Shown here in pieces: positions 36,754 to 47,461 of a DNA stretch of 64,000 nucleotides. The position numbers were made by a program, and so were the translations under genes. How positions within the stretch are numbered: the first letter of the stretch is position 1; each line of letters begins with the position of its first letter. Under the pieces are notes generated by a model. The model had not been told where the DNA came from. It did not search any database and was given only the letters and a program-made list of their open reading frames with translations. The DNA comes from Guillardia theta CCMP2712 (taxonomy: Eukaryota > Protista > Cryptophyta), in contig NW_005434673.1 of assembly GCF_000315625.1 (NCBI RefSeq), forward strand, positions 1,277,433-1,341,432. The letters run 5' to 3'.

Positions 36754-37986
36754 ATGGCACTAAACTGCAACAAGCCCAAAGACAAGTTGACGATCTTGCT
36801 GAAGGTGTAAATGTCATGTCGAGCCCAGACAGGTAGAGCTCTTCTGGTGTGATCTGAATGGTGAGTGCGGGTTTCCAGGTCGAAAGCGTCGACCCCAGAA
36901 AGAAAATACCAAGACGACGATGACAGCCATGTAAAGGAAAGTGCTCCTTTAGAAAGGAACTGACGTTGGTTGCCAAGGCGTCTCCTTCCTTTGTGGCCGA
37001 ACCTTTCGAAAGAGAAGAACGTGTGCGACAACGGGTGTTGTCGGTGACATCGCTTGTGAATGAAGACCTTGAACGGACAAGAAAGTTCAGCGTGCCAAAC
37101 TTGTCCGAAGATAGCTGTTTGGGCTTGGATGATACAGATGAACTATCACAATCACACAACTTCTTCAACTTCGATCATGCTTCAAACCCTTGTGCGAGCA
37201 TTAACGAGATCTTGGAAGCGATCGGAAAAGAAAAATCCATTCAAATCACAGGCATCAAGGTAATCTAATGACGTGGCAATCTCGAACGATGTCTCATCTC
37301 ATTTCAAGGTCGATGAGGATGCTTTGGATAAGCTGGACAGGTATATCATGGAATTGTGTGATTTTCTTGAGATTTTTCGTATCGAAAGATGTTTGGCTAA
37401 AGGATCCATACAAAGCATCACATTAGCTCGATGCGAGCTTGACGATCATGTTGTCAGCAAAATCGCAAAGATGCTCCAATCAGATCAATGGCAGTGCTTG
37501 CGCAGTCTGAGTTTGGATGGAAACCCTTCCATTTCAGATGAAGGGGCCAAGAGCTTAGCGAAAGGGTTGGCGGAGAACAAGACCCTTGAAGGTAGTTACA
37601 CTCTGATCGTCTCAACCTCTACTCAATTTACGTCAGATCTGAGTCTGTGGGGAACTGGTATCGGGGATGAGGGGGCAAAAGCAATTGCTGAGTCCCTAAA
37701 GCAAAACTGTACTCTAAGGTCAGGATGTAAAGATGGCTTCATTTGCATCTCACTGGTATTGTAGAAATCTTTGGCTTGGAGAATGTGAGAACATACAAGA
37801 CACAGGAGCACAGGCGCTGTTAACATGTTTGGAATCGAACAAAACGCTACAGCAATTAGCGCTTGTGTGCACGGCGGTAATCCGAACAATTCAAGATTGA
37901 CTATCAAGAGTTTTCTCATTTGCTTACAGGTATCAGAAGAATTACAGAACGAAATCGAAGATGTTGTGCAAGCAGGGAGAACATGA
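36754..37986 (+). CDS. RNI-like (NLRC3/LRR_6-type) leucine-rich repeat protein, spliced
   Basis: LRSLSLDGNPSISDEGAKSLAKGLAENKTLE and LSLWGTGIGDEGAKAIAESLKQNCTLR. Confidence 0.8.
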
Positions 37987-38174
37987 GTGTACACATAGGC
38001 GAACACCTCTATCTTGCATTTCTTGAATTTATTCATATGGCAAATTGTTACAAAAGAAAATGGGAAAATTGTTCTACAAGCTAATCTATGATTCAGCGAA
38101 CAAACTTCTCAAAATTGCACGTGCACCATTAGCACAAGGATTCTGCAACATTTGCTCCTTCGATCCCTCAGGCT

Positions 38175-38577
38175 CTAGGAGTGAGAGAAGCGGCAAGAAT
38201 CGCCACGAGTGCATTCTCCCTTCTGCCAGGCATAGCAAACGCCGCCGCCTCCTCCGCCGCCGCCGCCGCCGCCGCGCCCTCCTCTACCGCCGCCACCACG
38301 GCCCCCGCCGCCACGGCCCCTTCCTCCGCGTCCGCCACCACGTCCGCCACCGCGATCGCCGCCGTCATTGAAACGAGCTTTCTTGGCTTTCTTGCATTCC
38401 TCGCACCTCATGGGTTTGTTGTCGAAGCCTTTTGACTGATAGAATTCTTGTTCTCCAGCGCTGAAGATGAATTTGTTTCCGCAATCCTTGCAATCGAGTT
38501 CCTCGTCTTCAAAGCCTGAGCTGGACTTGGCCGATCCCTTTTTCTTGCCCTTCGGTTTCTCCTCCTCCTCCTCCTCC

Positions 38578-38609
<32 letters not shown>

Positions 38610-38795
38610 CTTCTTAGATTTCTTCTTTGGGGGGGGCTTCGAGTCCTTCTTACCCTTGCCCTTTTGAGGCTTCTCCTCCTCCTCTTCCTCCTCTTCCTCC
38701 TCCTCTTCCTCCTCTTCCTCCTCCTCTTCTTGTTCTTCCTCCTCTTCCTCCTCTGACTCCTCCTTCTTCTTGCTTTCTCTCTTGTTCTTTCCCAT
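38175..38795 (-). CDS. Intronless acidic/Lys-rich + CxxC-x17-CxxC (zf-trcl-like) zinc ribbon + RGG box + CCCH zinc finger RNA-binding protein
   Basis: MGKNK..poly-E, FEDEELDCKDCGNKFIFSAGEQEFYQSKGFDNKPMRCEECKK, RGG repeats, VCYAWQKGECTRGDSCRFSH. Confidence 0.85.
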
Positions 38796-38879
38796 CGTCG
38801 CTGCTTCGGTCGGTACTGAGCTGGTTTTCCCTTTTCCTCTTTCCGCTCCCTCTTTTAACCCCCTCACCGCACGTGCGGC

Positions 38880-40205
38880 CTCCCACCAGCCGTATTATCC
38901 CTGTGACCCCGATTGCATTGGACCCTACCCTTCAACAAGCATACCCCCTCAATCTTTCATTGAAGGGGTACATTGACTGTTAAAGTACCCTATCAATATC
39001 TACTCCAATCCCCGAATTTTATCACCCTACCCCATAAAACTACCCCATTGTGCTCGATATCCCCTAGACGATTATAGTACCCCTACCCTGGCGTCAGACC
39101 TTCGGACCCTGCAAACCCTGATCGGACCGCCGCCGGCGGATCCAGTGACCCCCTGACCCCCTACCCCCCGTTTGTCCAATGCTGATAGATGGGTGACCCC
39201 CCCTCCACACTCCCGCAGCTCGGGTCCGTAGAGTTCAGTCCCATCACCCCTCCTTACCCCGGCGCCCCTGAGCGGCGCGGCCCGTGCGGAGTCATGATTA
39301 AGGCCGGTGGCGGGCCGGCCTCAGTGCCGCGGCCGCGGCTGACACTCCCGGAGTCCGCTCAGTGACCGTATTTCAACTTTTCAAGCCTGTGAGCTCCGAG
39401 GCTCGGCGGCCGCCCCGCCGGGGATCGGACCTGGCCGCCCGGCCCCGGCCGGGCCGCCCGGCGGCCCGGGACTCCCGGAGTCCGTCTGTACTAGACTTGG
39501 AATCAGCATTCATGCTTGACTCGCCGGGCCGGGCCCGCCCGGGTGGGCCGAGCGCCACTGCCAGTGCCAAAGGTGCGGCCGCGCACGCGCCGTGCTATGA
39601 ATCACGGCAACTTTACTTTAGTGTGACGCTCAGTTGAACGGGCCCGCGGGGCCCCCGCCTGCCCGCCCGGCCGCTCAGTAACTCAGGCTAGGCTAGCCTG
39701 CCAGGAAACGCCAGGCTTAAGTTACGCCGACGGTATTCAATTTGAGTCCGAGGGCCGGGCCCGGAGCCTGGCAGCCGGGCCGGGCCGGACTCCGGACTCC
39801 GCCGGGACTCAGTCAGCCCGGCGCCGCGACCGGTCACCGGCGCCCCGGGGCCCGGGCGCGGCCCGGTGACTCGTGCCCGGCTCAGTCCGACCCCTGCCCG
39901 TGCCGCCCGGCCGCCCGCCGGGCCCGGGCGGCCGGGGCGGCCGGGCGGCACCGTACGGTACTGAGTCACCCTCTTTACTCAGGCACCCAGTGACGGCCGG
40001 AAATAAACGTTACAAAACGGTTGAGAAAGGATGGCTTCCGTATGGGAAGTTGGAGGGATTGAGGGGGTAGTGGTAGTCATTTGTTAGGTACTTGACATAC
40101 CAAACGAGTATCAGAAAGGAGGTAGGGGTGTAGAGGATAGGGGTACTGGAGGAAATGTGAACAGCGAAGGGTGATTCGATACAACCTGGGGGGTAGGGGT
40201 TGTGG
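38880..40205. promoter_or_regulatory. Intergenic element: TACCCC field + CCGG palindromic core (~39260-40000) + GGGGTA field
   Basis: Visible motif composition; lies between divergent gene starts (38795 on -, 40746 on +). Function inferred. Confidence 0.45.
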
Positions 40206-40745
40206 TCTATTTCGGTGGAGCAAAAATGTTCGCGCTGGTGAGTAACAAGCGAGATGAAGCAGAGGAAGTGGAGGCAGCGACGATGGCGAGGATGAGGATG
40301 ATGATGATAATGTAGAGGGAGGGAGGAAGGAAGACGATGATAGAAAGGTGGTGGTACAAAAAGAGTTTTATGCTGATTGCGTCATATTCCACTGTGGAAT
40401 AATGTTTTGGGCTAGGGCAGCGGAGTGTAGAGGATGAGGTCAGGAACATGCAAAGGGGATAGCGAAAGCTATTGGCTTTCAGGGGAAGATGGTCATTGAA
40501 GTAAGAGCATATGGGCTTCATGAGAGACGGGCGAACTCCTGTTGTGAGGCTAAGGGTGTGATGAAAGGTTGCTCTGAAACGTTGAAAGGAGGTGGAAAGG
40601 AGGAAGGCGAGGAAAAGCTTGAGAATAATTGTAGTTCCGAGTGAGAACAGACTTAGATGTGTGTGTAGGGAGGGGTGTGGGGGGATATGTAGTGGGTTAG
40701 CTGTGTTTGTGGTTGTGTAGTAGTTGAATTGTGACTGTTTGAGGA

Positions 40746-41089
40746 ATGAAAGGCAAGGTTTTGAACTCCATTCGAAGAGTTTTCGAAACTATCTTCCAAA
40801 CATTTGAGCGTTTCTGACTGTATATGTTCTAGTTGCGTGCGGTCGAAGAAAACAGTTCGGAGAAGAAAGACTGGTATGGATGATTCTGTCGCGTTGCTTC
40901 GTGATGTGACTTTGTGATAGGAACGACAAGTTCTCGTGGTTTACAAACCGTGAGTGCAACAAGATCACCACCATTCACGGCGAGAAGGAGTCGATGTCGG
41001 TCAGTGACTGCATGTGGAGAAAAATGAATGTTGAAAGCTTGTTTCAGGACACCTGCAGCGGTTTTCCACAGAGGAACAACCAGTTCTAA
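40746..41089 (+). CDS. Predicted 64-aa four-exon microprotein
   Basis: GT-AG introns at 40779-40832, 40874-40920 and 41000-41047 give MKGKVLNSIRRLRAVEENSSEKKDWNDKFSWFTNRECNKITTIHGEKESMSDTCSGFPQRNNQF*. Confidence 0.5.
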
Positions 41090-41291
41090 TCTGTCATTCA
41101 CAAATCTACTATATCCCATGTTCCGCTAACTTGACGGATCTCGCCTACTTGTGATGTCTTGTTCGACGTATCTTCTATTTGAAGCTGCAGAACCTTTGTT
41201 GTCGATGCATTATTGTTTCAACAATGCTGCGGCGATGCATGTTTAAGTAAAAGCTGTTTGGCACGAAGCGTCTTTTGTCTTATCTCGGTTT

Positions 41292-43958
41292 TCACGGCCA
41301 ATGATGAGAGGATCGTGAGAAGGAATCATCAGTATTCTCCGCCTCATCCACAGCTTGAGAACTCGATGCTTCCCCCAGATCCCTCGTGTCTCTGCCTCGC
41401 CGCATCCTCGTTGTCATCCCTGCCCACGAGCTCTTCCTCCTCTTCTTCCTGATCGAGGGCAAGACATCTTTTACGAGCTTTGCTACACGATCTCGTGTGA
41501 GATACCATCCCGGGTAGTCCTGACCGAGAAGCAGCATCAACTGATCCAGGTCCTCCTCCTCAAGCTCACTGTCCTCCCCCCTCAGCGCCTCAAACTCGTT
41601 TGGGTACGAGTTGAGGACGGAGGCCATGGCTCGCTGCAGTGAGGATCGGGCTGGTCGACCGGAGTGCAGGAAGCGGCAAGTCTTGCCGTTCAGGCAGAAG
41701 CCATTGCGCATGTAGAAGTCACACGAGCGAGGCTTCCTCTGCCAGGTGAAGTCGGAGGACGCCAAGGTCACGTTCATCTCCTCTAAGCCCTTGTCGGTCT
41801 CCCTTATGAGCCACAGCTCCTCCTCCTCTACCGCAAAGAGCTGAAGGCCGTCTCCCGAGGACGCAGTCGTGTTGCCTCCAGGAGAAGTCCAGCTGACGGT
41901 CACCTGTATGGAGCGTGAGGTTCGTCCGAGATAAAGTTTAAGGGGAACATTTTCGGGAGGCGGCGGTTCCTCCTGTCGCCACTTATTCTGATTCAACTGC
42001 TCTCTCAAAGCATGCCCAAGATCGTCAGCTCGTAGGAACAAGCTCGAGAGATCCTGCAAAGGCAGAGATGAGAGAGGTTTCAAGACAGGATGTGAGAGAT
42101 TACATCGTAAGTTTGTTCTTGTGAAAAATTCTGTATGGCCCCATCAACAACAAAACAAGCAACAACACAAGTTACCCGAGATCTCTCCAGCGCTCTTGCA
42201 TGCGATACGAATGATTGATGAAGAGTCTCCGACTGATTCGACAGAAGCTTTAGTAGAGCTTCCTGCTCCTCGTCCAGCACCAAATCCTCTGAGACGTCAG
42301 GGAGAGGCAGTGAAAGTTCCTGGGACAGTTCCTTCATCACACCTTGCATTATCTCAGCCTTTTCCGCCATCGATATCGCATCCTTGGTCTGCTCCCACAC
42401 CAGCAGCTTGCGCTTGTCGATTTTTGCTCTGCTCTGCGAGTGCGAGCGAGCAGAAGGAGAGTTGTCGTCCTCGACCCTCGAGACATTCCGATAGAAGGGA
42501 ATCACCTGAAACTTGATGGCCGAGCTCCAAGCTCCTCGCATATTCTTGGAGTATCCACGTGGGGGAGCACGGAACACACGTAGGCAAACCGTATGATTTC
42601 CTTCTTTCATGCAGTCCAGCCACAGCCCCTGCAGACCTCTAGGTGTACCCCAGCCGGAATCTTGCTCGCACATGAATTCCCCTCTCTCCGTCCCGTCGAT
42701 GCGAACCTGAGCCGAGCATCACTTCCTTCCGTCCCCTCCTCCTTTCCTTCCCTCTCCTCACCTCCACCATCTTTACGCTTGTCATCAGCTCTTCTGCTTC
42801 CTCTGCTGAGAGATTCCGCTGCTGCCGGGCTGCATCCCAGCTCCAAGTCCAGCTGAGGAACACATTGGTGCTTATCTTTGCGGAAATTCTCAAGTTCTCG
42901 AAATCAGGCATCAACGGCTTCGCTTCCGCTTTCCCCGGCACATGCTTATGCTGCACAGGCACCTGCTCCTCCTCGTCGTCCTCTACTGTGATGTTCAGGT
43001 CATGGAAGAGAGGGAAGATGTTTCGCATCCCAGCTGAAACTAACATTGGTCCCTGCTGAACTTTCACAAGAGGAAGCATAGAACGACGAAGGATCACATG
43101 CAAGCCAAGCGACGGAGGAGCTGAGAAGTTGTTGAAGTTTTGGAAGAAGCAGGAGATTCTCTCCCCGAACGACATTCCCGGATGCCTCAGCTCATTCACA
43201 TTCTGCTTGTTTTGATACCCGCGGTAGTGCAGGAGACGCTGATATTCCAGCTCCCTCACCCACCTGGAAAGGCAGGAAGGGGGAGGAGAGGAGAAATGGA
43301 GGAGAGAGGGAAGAGGGATGGGGGAAGGGGGGGTGGGGGGAGAGAAAAGATGAATTCAGCGACAAGCAGGGCAAGCAAGAGGGGAGAAGAAGGCAAAAAC
43401 TGCAGGGAGGGGACGGAACTCCATGTTGGAGAGAAGAGCGACATACAAGGAGGACGCACAATGACAGTGTTCTTGCCACCTTTTGTGCCAGACTGAGAAC
43501 TGAGCGGGGTTGTACCAAGGAGGCAAGTCGCCTTTGAGCTCTCTCACGTGCATGAGTTCGCCCTCGTTCTTGTCGCTGGGAACGTAATCGCCCATCATGA
43601 ACCTGCGGGAGGACATGGCCTCTGCGTCTGACTCCCACGCGTACTCTTTGTTGAGCTCCTCCTCCGTGAGCTTTGTGTGTGTGGGGGGGTCCCAGTGGCT
43701 CGCGTATGCCCCGTCAGAATCCTCTCGTGAGGACGAGGAAGAAGAATACCCGCCCCTCAAACGGCTGAAGAAACAGGAGGAGCGACAGGAGGGAGAGGTG
43801 GAGATGGAGGAGGACGGGGAAAGAGATTCACAGTTTTGTGTCACGATGATGTGTCGCTCGCGTCGGAGGATCGGAGGAGACGCGAGCGACGCTGACCGTC
43901 AGGGTTCAGCTGCCTCCGTGTAAAGGAGCGAAGCCAAGACGAGCAGCCTGAGAGCCAT
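41292..43958 (-). CDS. Multi-exon protein with putative signal peptide, RLRGG motif, Fn3-like segments and a CCCH zinc finger
   Basis: ORFs 43356-43844, 42639-43259, 42080-42673 and 41292-42083 chain together; CDFYMRNGFCLNGKTCRFLH is a CCCH finger; the N-terminal joining is ambiguous (in-frame TGA at 43899-43901). Confidence 0.65.
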
Positions 43959-44078
43959 GGAGAAGGGACGCGGAGAGCAGGGGATCATGGGAGCAGGATG
44001 GGCAGGGGAAGAGTGCGGGAAGTGAAGGTGGTGAGAGGCGAGGAGGAGGAGGAGGAGGAGCAGGAGCAGGAGCAGGAT

Positions 44079-44121
<43 letters not shown>

Positions 44122-44219
44122 GAGGAAGCAGAGCCAAGGAAGAAGCAGCGCAGCAACGACTGTGGAGCCTGGCAGGAAGCTTGAAGGAGCAGGAGGCGGA
44201 TGTTGCCAGGAGAGTCCGC

Positions 44220-45340
44220 CTAGCGGCCCGGGCCCGGGGGCCGCCGGGTGAGTTCGGTCACCCGGGGTGCCGGGACCGTGCCCGGCCCGGGGCCCGGCGG
44301 CCCGGCGGCCCGGGGCCCGGCCCATAAGGTAACGTGACTTCTCATCGTCTTGAGGCAGCGGCGCCCGGCGTCACGGTTGCACCTGCCGGCATCTAAGGGG
44401 ATATACACGGGTGGTTTTAACATGAATTTAGGGGGTGGTCGATGGGTGTTCGGGGTACACCGAACGGTGAGGGTGTCTCACGTGGGGGGAGATCACGCTA
44501 TGGTGATGATGTATGGGTGGGGTCATTACCCTACCTATTCTTATTCTTCTATAATCTTTTACGAAATCAGGGTAGTGGTATATACCCCTACCCTTATTTT
44601 TAGACCATGTTCGTTTTCAAGGAAGATGGGAGGGAATGCAGGGCAAGGAGTTCACTGGTTCTTGACGGGGTGGGTACTCTTTTACGGGGGGTGGGGTAGT
44701 CAGAAGCACCATGGGTGTAGCAGGGGTGGTAAATGAACAAACAATTCTGAAACTGGAAGGGTGGGGTACATCGAGGTACCCAGGAAAACCATAACAGAAT
44801 TTTGGTTTTATCAGGTGGGTGGTACCCTCAGGGACTGATTGTCTGGGTGGGTAGGGGTGACCATATCTGTAAACCCTCCTGGAATATACAGTGCGAATTG
44901 GAGATGCAGGGTGGGGTGTTCATTGTGGGGTAGGGGTGGGTATCGAGTGAGGGGTGGGTAGTTGGGTCACAACTACAAAGCTTTTTTGTTTGGAGGAAGC
45001 GGGTGGGGTCATCAATAGATGTGTGGGTGGGGTATGTATGGAAGGGGTGGGTGTGAAGGGCCAGGTACTATCAAGATTTTGGGTGGGTATTAAATTTTGA
45101 TGGTGGGTATATCCATCAAGGGTTATGATATTCTGTGAATAAAGGGGGTAAAATGAACTGAATAATGGGGTGTAGATAGCTAATTGTTGTGAAATGACGG
45201 GTATGATAGGATGTCAAGGTATATCTGAGGGGTAGGGTCATAAAGGAGGGGTACATTTGAGATTCACATGTGATTGACCTATGATGTGGGTACTGGTGTA
45301 GGAGGGGTGGGGGATACAACAGTGTGGGGGTGGGGTGGAA
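44220..45340. promoter_or_regulatory. CCGG island (44220-44390) followed by ~900 nt GGGGT[A/G] field
   Basis: ccgggtga-gttcgg-tcacccgg hairpin and gcccggggcccgg clusters, then dozens of gggtggggta-like motifs, mostly on the + strand; lies between divergent genes. Confidence 0.45.
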
Positions 45341-45975
45341 CCGTGGGAATGGAGGGGCTGGGACATGGCGAAGGAGTCGCTATGTTGTCTGTGGAGGAGG
45401 AGGAGGATGGAGAGGAGGAGGAGAACGTGGAGGAGGAGGATACAGGAAGGAAATCAGGCGAGGAATGATATGCGATCGTGCAAGGGATCTTGTCTGCCCT
45501 GTTTCTGTCGTGTTTGTGTTCGTAATCACCAGAGATGCAAGTTGGTGCCATGATCATGGAAACACGAAAAGATGCTCGATGGCATCAAAATCGTTTGCGA
45601 AATTATGGAAGATATTCGTACGATCTGATTAGGACAGAAGAAAGATGATGAGTAAGGAAGGAGCATTGAAAAAAATCGTAGATCGACCCAGCACCTGTGT
45701 TCGCGGGAGCAAGGCTGCACTGTGGCGATCCATGAGAGGAATACAATGATTGCAGGACACCGAACTATGCGAAGAGACGATTTGTAAGAATCAAGCCATA
45801 GGACCATGAAAGGGGAAGCAAAGGGGAAGTAGATTGTAGTTGAAAAGTTCGATCGCATTGACCTCAGTGTGTATGTTACGCGGCAAAGACGTAGAAGTGA
45901 ATGTGCCTTCTCTGTGAATGTTCCATCTGACGATCTCTGCATGTAGATTTCTCTTGACCTGTTGTCGCAGAAGTC

Positions 45976-47322
45976 ATGCCGACCACCTCTTGGGTCTTGT
46001 TGTCTTTCACTCTGGTGTCGACGGCCTCAGCATTTCATGTCCCACAGTCTACACTGGGACTGCCGTGCTTGAGGCAAAGAGGTGACAGCGTTTGCTCGTT
46101 GAAGATGCAGAGGAAGGAGGAGCAACGATCCTTGTTGGATCGAAGGAAGATGAGGAGTAGAGCCATCGGCCGAGACCTCTACACTCCACTCTCCTTCCTC
46201 CCTCAAGTTTCTGAGCAGGCGCGGGGATCAACGGGCAAGACCAAGAAAAAGGAGGAGTCGATCCCTGAGACTCTAGCGAAGATGGTTGAAGACTTCTCGA
46301 CTTCTCTTGACGTGGGAACGGCACGAGCTTGGCTGCTCTTTATAGTCGCTCTCTCGGGCATCAACTTTGGAGCGATCAAGGTGCTTGACGGTGGTTTCTT
46401 CGACGGCTCTTCCATCCTTGCTGTCCGCTTCATCATCGCTGCTGCAGTTTTGAGTCCCTGGCTGTTCCGCGCCAAGAAAGAAATCATCGTTCCATCGATT
46501 GAGACTGGCGCATGGCTTGCTGGCGGATACTTCGTGCAGTCGGTCAGTCTGACCGGAGGAACTGACTCCGGCGTTGCAGCCTTCTTCGCCTCCATGACGA
46601 CCGTCATCTGTCCCTTCCTCGAGGCCACGACAGGCATCAGGCTGGAGAGGAGGGCATGGGCTGCTGCGTTTCTTGCCGTTTGTGGAGCTGCTTGCTTGGA
46701 GCTGGGCGGAGGCTCTCTGCCGACAGGAGCAGACTTCTGGGGGATCCTGCAACCTTTTCTTTTCGGCTTGTATTTGTTCAAGACAGAGCGGACGGTGCAT
46801 GAGAATCCCTCCCAGGCGCTGGAGATCACTTCGATCCAAACGCTCGTCACTGCTGTCATGAGCTGCGCAGTCGCTGCCGTCGGGCACTGGGACTTGCTGC
46901 ATGCCGTCGACCCGGCAACAGCAGCCCCAATGCTCACAGACGCGGCGAAACAGCTGGGAGCGCATCAGGTGGGGCAAAGCCTTGCACAGGACGTAGGCGC
47001 TGTTCTCCCGTCCTTGCAGGAGTGCCTGGCGCTCTTGTGGATGGGGATCATGTCGTCAGCTTTTGTGTTGGGGATGGAGACAGTCGTGGTGGGGAAACTC
47101 TCGAGCTCTGAGACAGCTCTCATGTTCTCTACCGAGCCGCTGTGGGCTGCAGCGTTCGGGTCCATGTTCATCGGGGAGAGCTTCGGGTGGAACACAGCCG
47201 TGGGAGGAGCGCTGGCTATCACCGCATGCCTGACAAGATCGCTTGACAGGAACGCTGTCAGAGTCTTGTCAGTCAAGTTGCGATCCGTTCCGAGAGCCAT
47301 GAGGAAGGCATTCTCATCTTGA
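45976..47322 (+). CDS. EamA/DMT family transporter with bipartite plastid-targeting presequence (intronless)
   Basis: MPTTSWVLLSFTLVSTASA-FHVP (signal peptide + ASAF) and a basic/Ser transit region; two EamA halves (AVRFIIAA, SSETALMFSTEPLWAAAFGSMFIGE). Confidence 0.9.
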   Translation: MPTTSWVLLSFTLVSTASAFHVPQSTLGLPCLRQRGDSVCSLKMQRKEEQRSLLDRRKMRSRAIGRDLYTPLSFLPQVSEQARGSTGKTKKKEESIPETLAKMVEDFSTSLDVGTARAWLLFIVALSGINFGAIKVLDGGFFDGSSILAVRFIIAAAVLSPWLFRAKKEIIVPSIETGAWLAGGYFVQSVSLTGGTDSGVAAFFASMTTVICPFLEATTGIRLERRAWAAAFLAVCGAACLELGGGSLPTGADFWGILQPFLFGLYLFKTERTVHENPSQALEITSIQTLVTAVMSCAVAAVGHWDLLHAVDPATAAPMLTDAAKQLGAHQVGQSLAQDVGAVLPSLQECLALLWMGIMSSAFVLGMETVVVGKLSSSETALMFSTEPLWAAAFGSMFIGESFGWNTAVGGALAITACLTRSLDRNAVRVLSVKLRSVPRAMRKAFSS

Positions 47323-47461
47323 GAGTGAAGGAGCTCAGTGTTCTGCTCCTCTCAATCTCCCAGCGCCTCAGCGTGAGGCTCATGTGCAATACAAACTATT
47401 TTACTGAGAAGTCAATAAACGCTGCATGTAAACAAACAACATGCGAGAGTTTCTTGGTCTT

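Noticed and set aside
39362-40070. Pro/Arg/Gly/Ala-rich ORFs in the CCGG island (also 43906-44327)
   Set aside because: Expected by chance in stop-poor, extremely GC-rich DNA; open on both strands with no domain signal.
43899-43901. Selenocysteine interpretation of the in-frame TGA
   Set aside because: It lies in a targeting-like leader rather than a redox motif, and no SECIS was recognised; splicing or an error is more likely.
45274-45942. Possible gene upstream of the EamA transporter
   Set aside because: Short unrelated ORFs with no coherent exon chain or homology cue.
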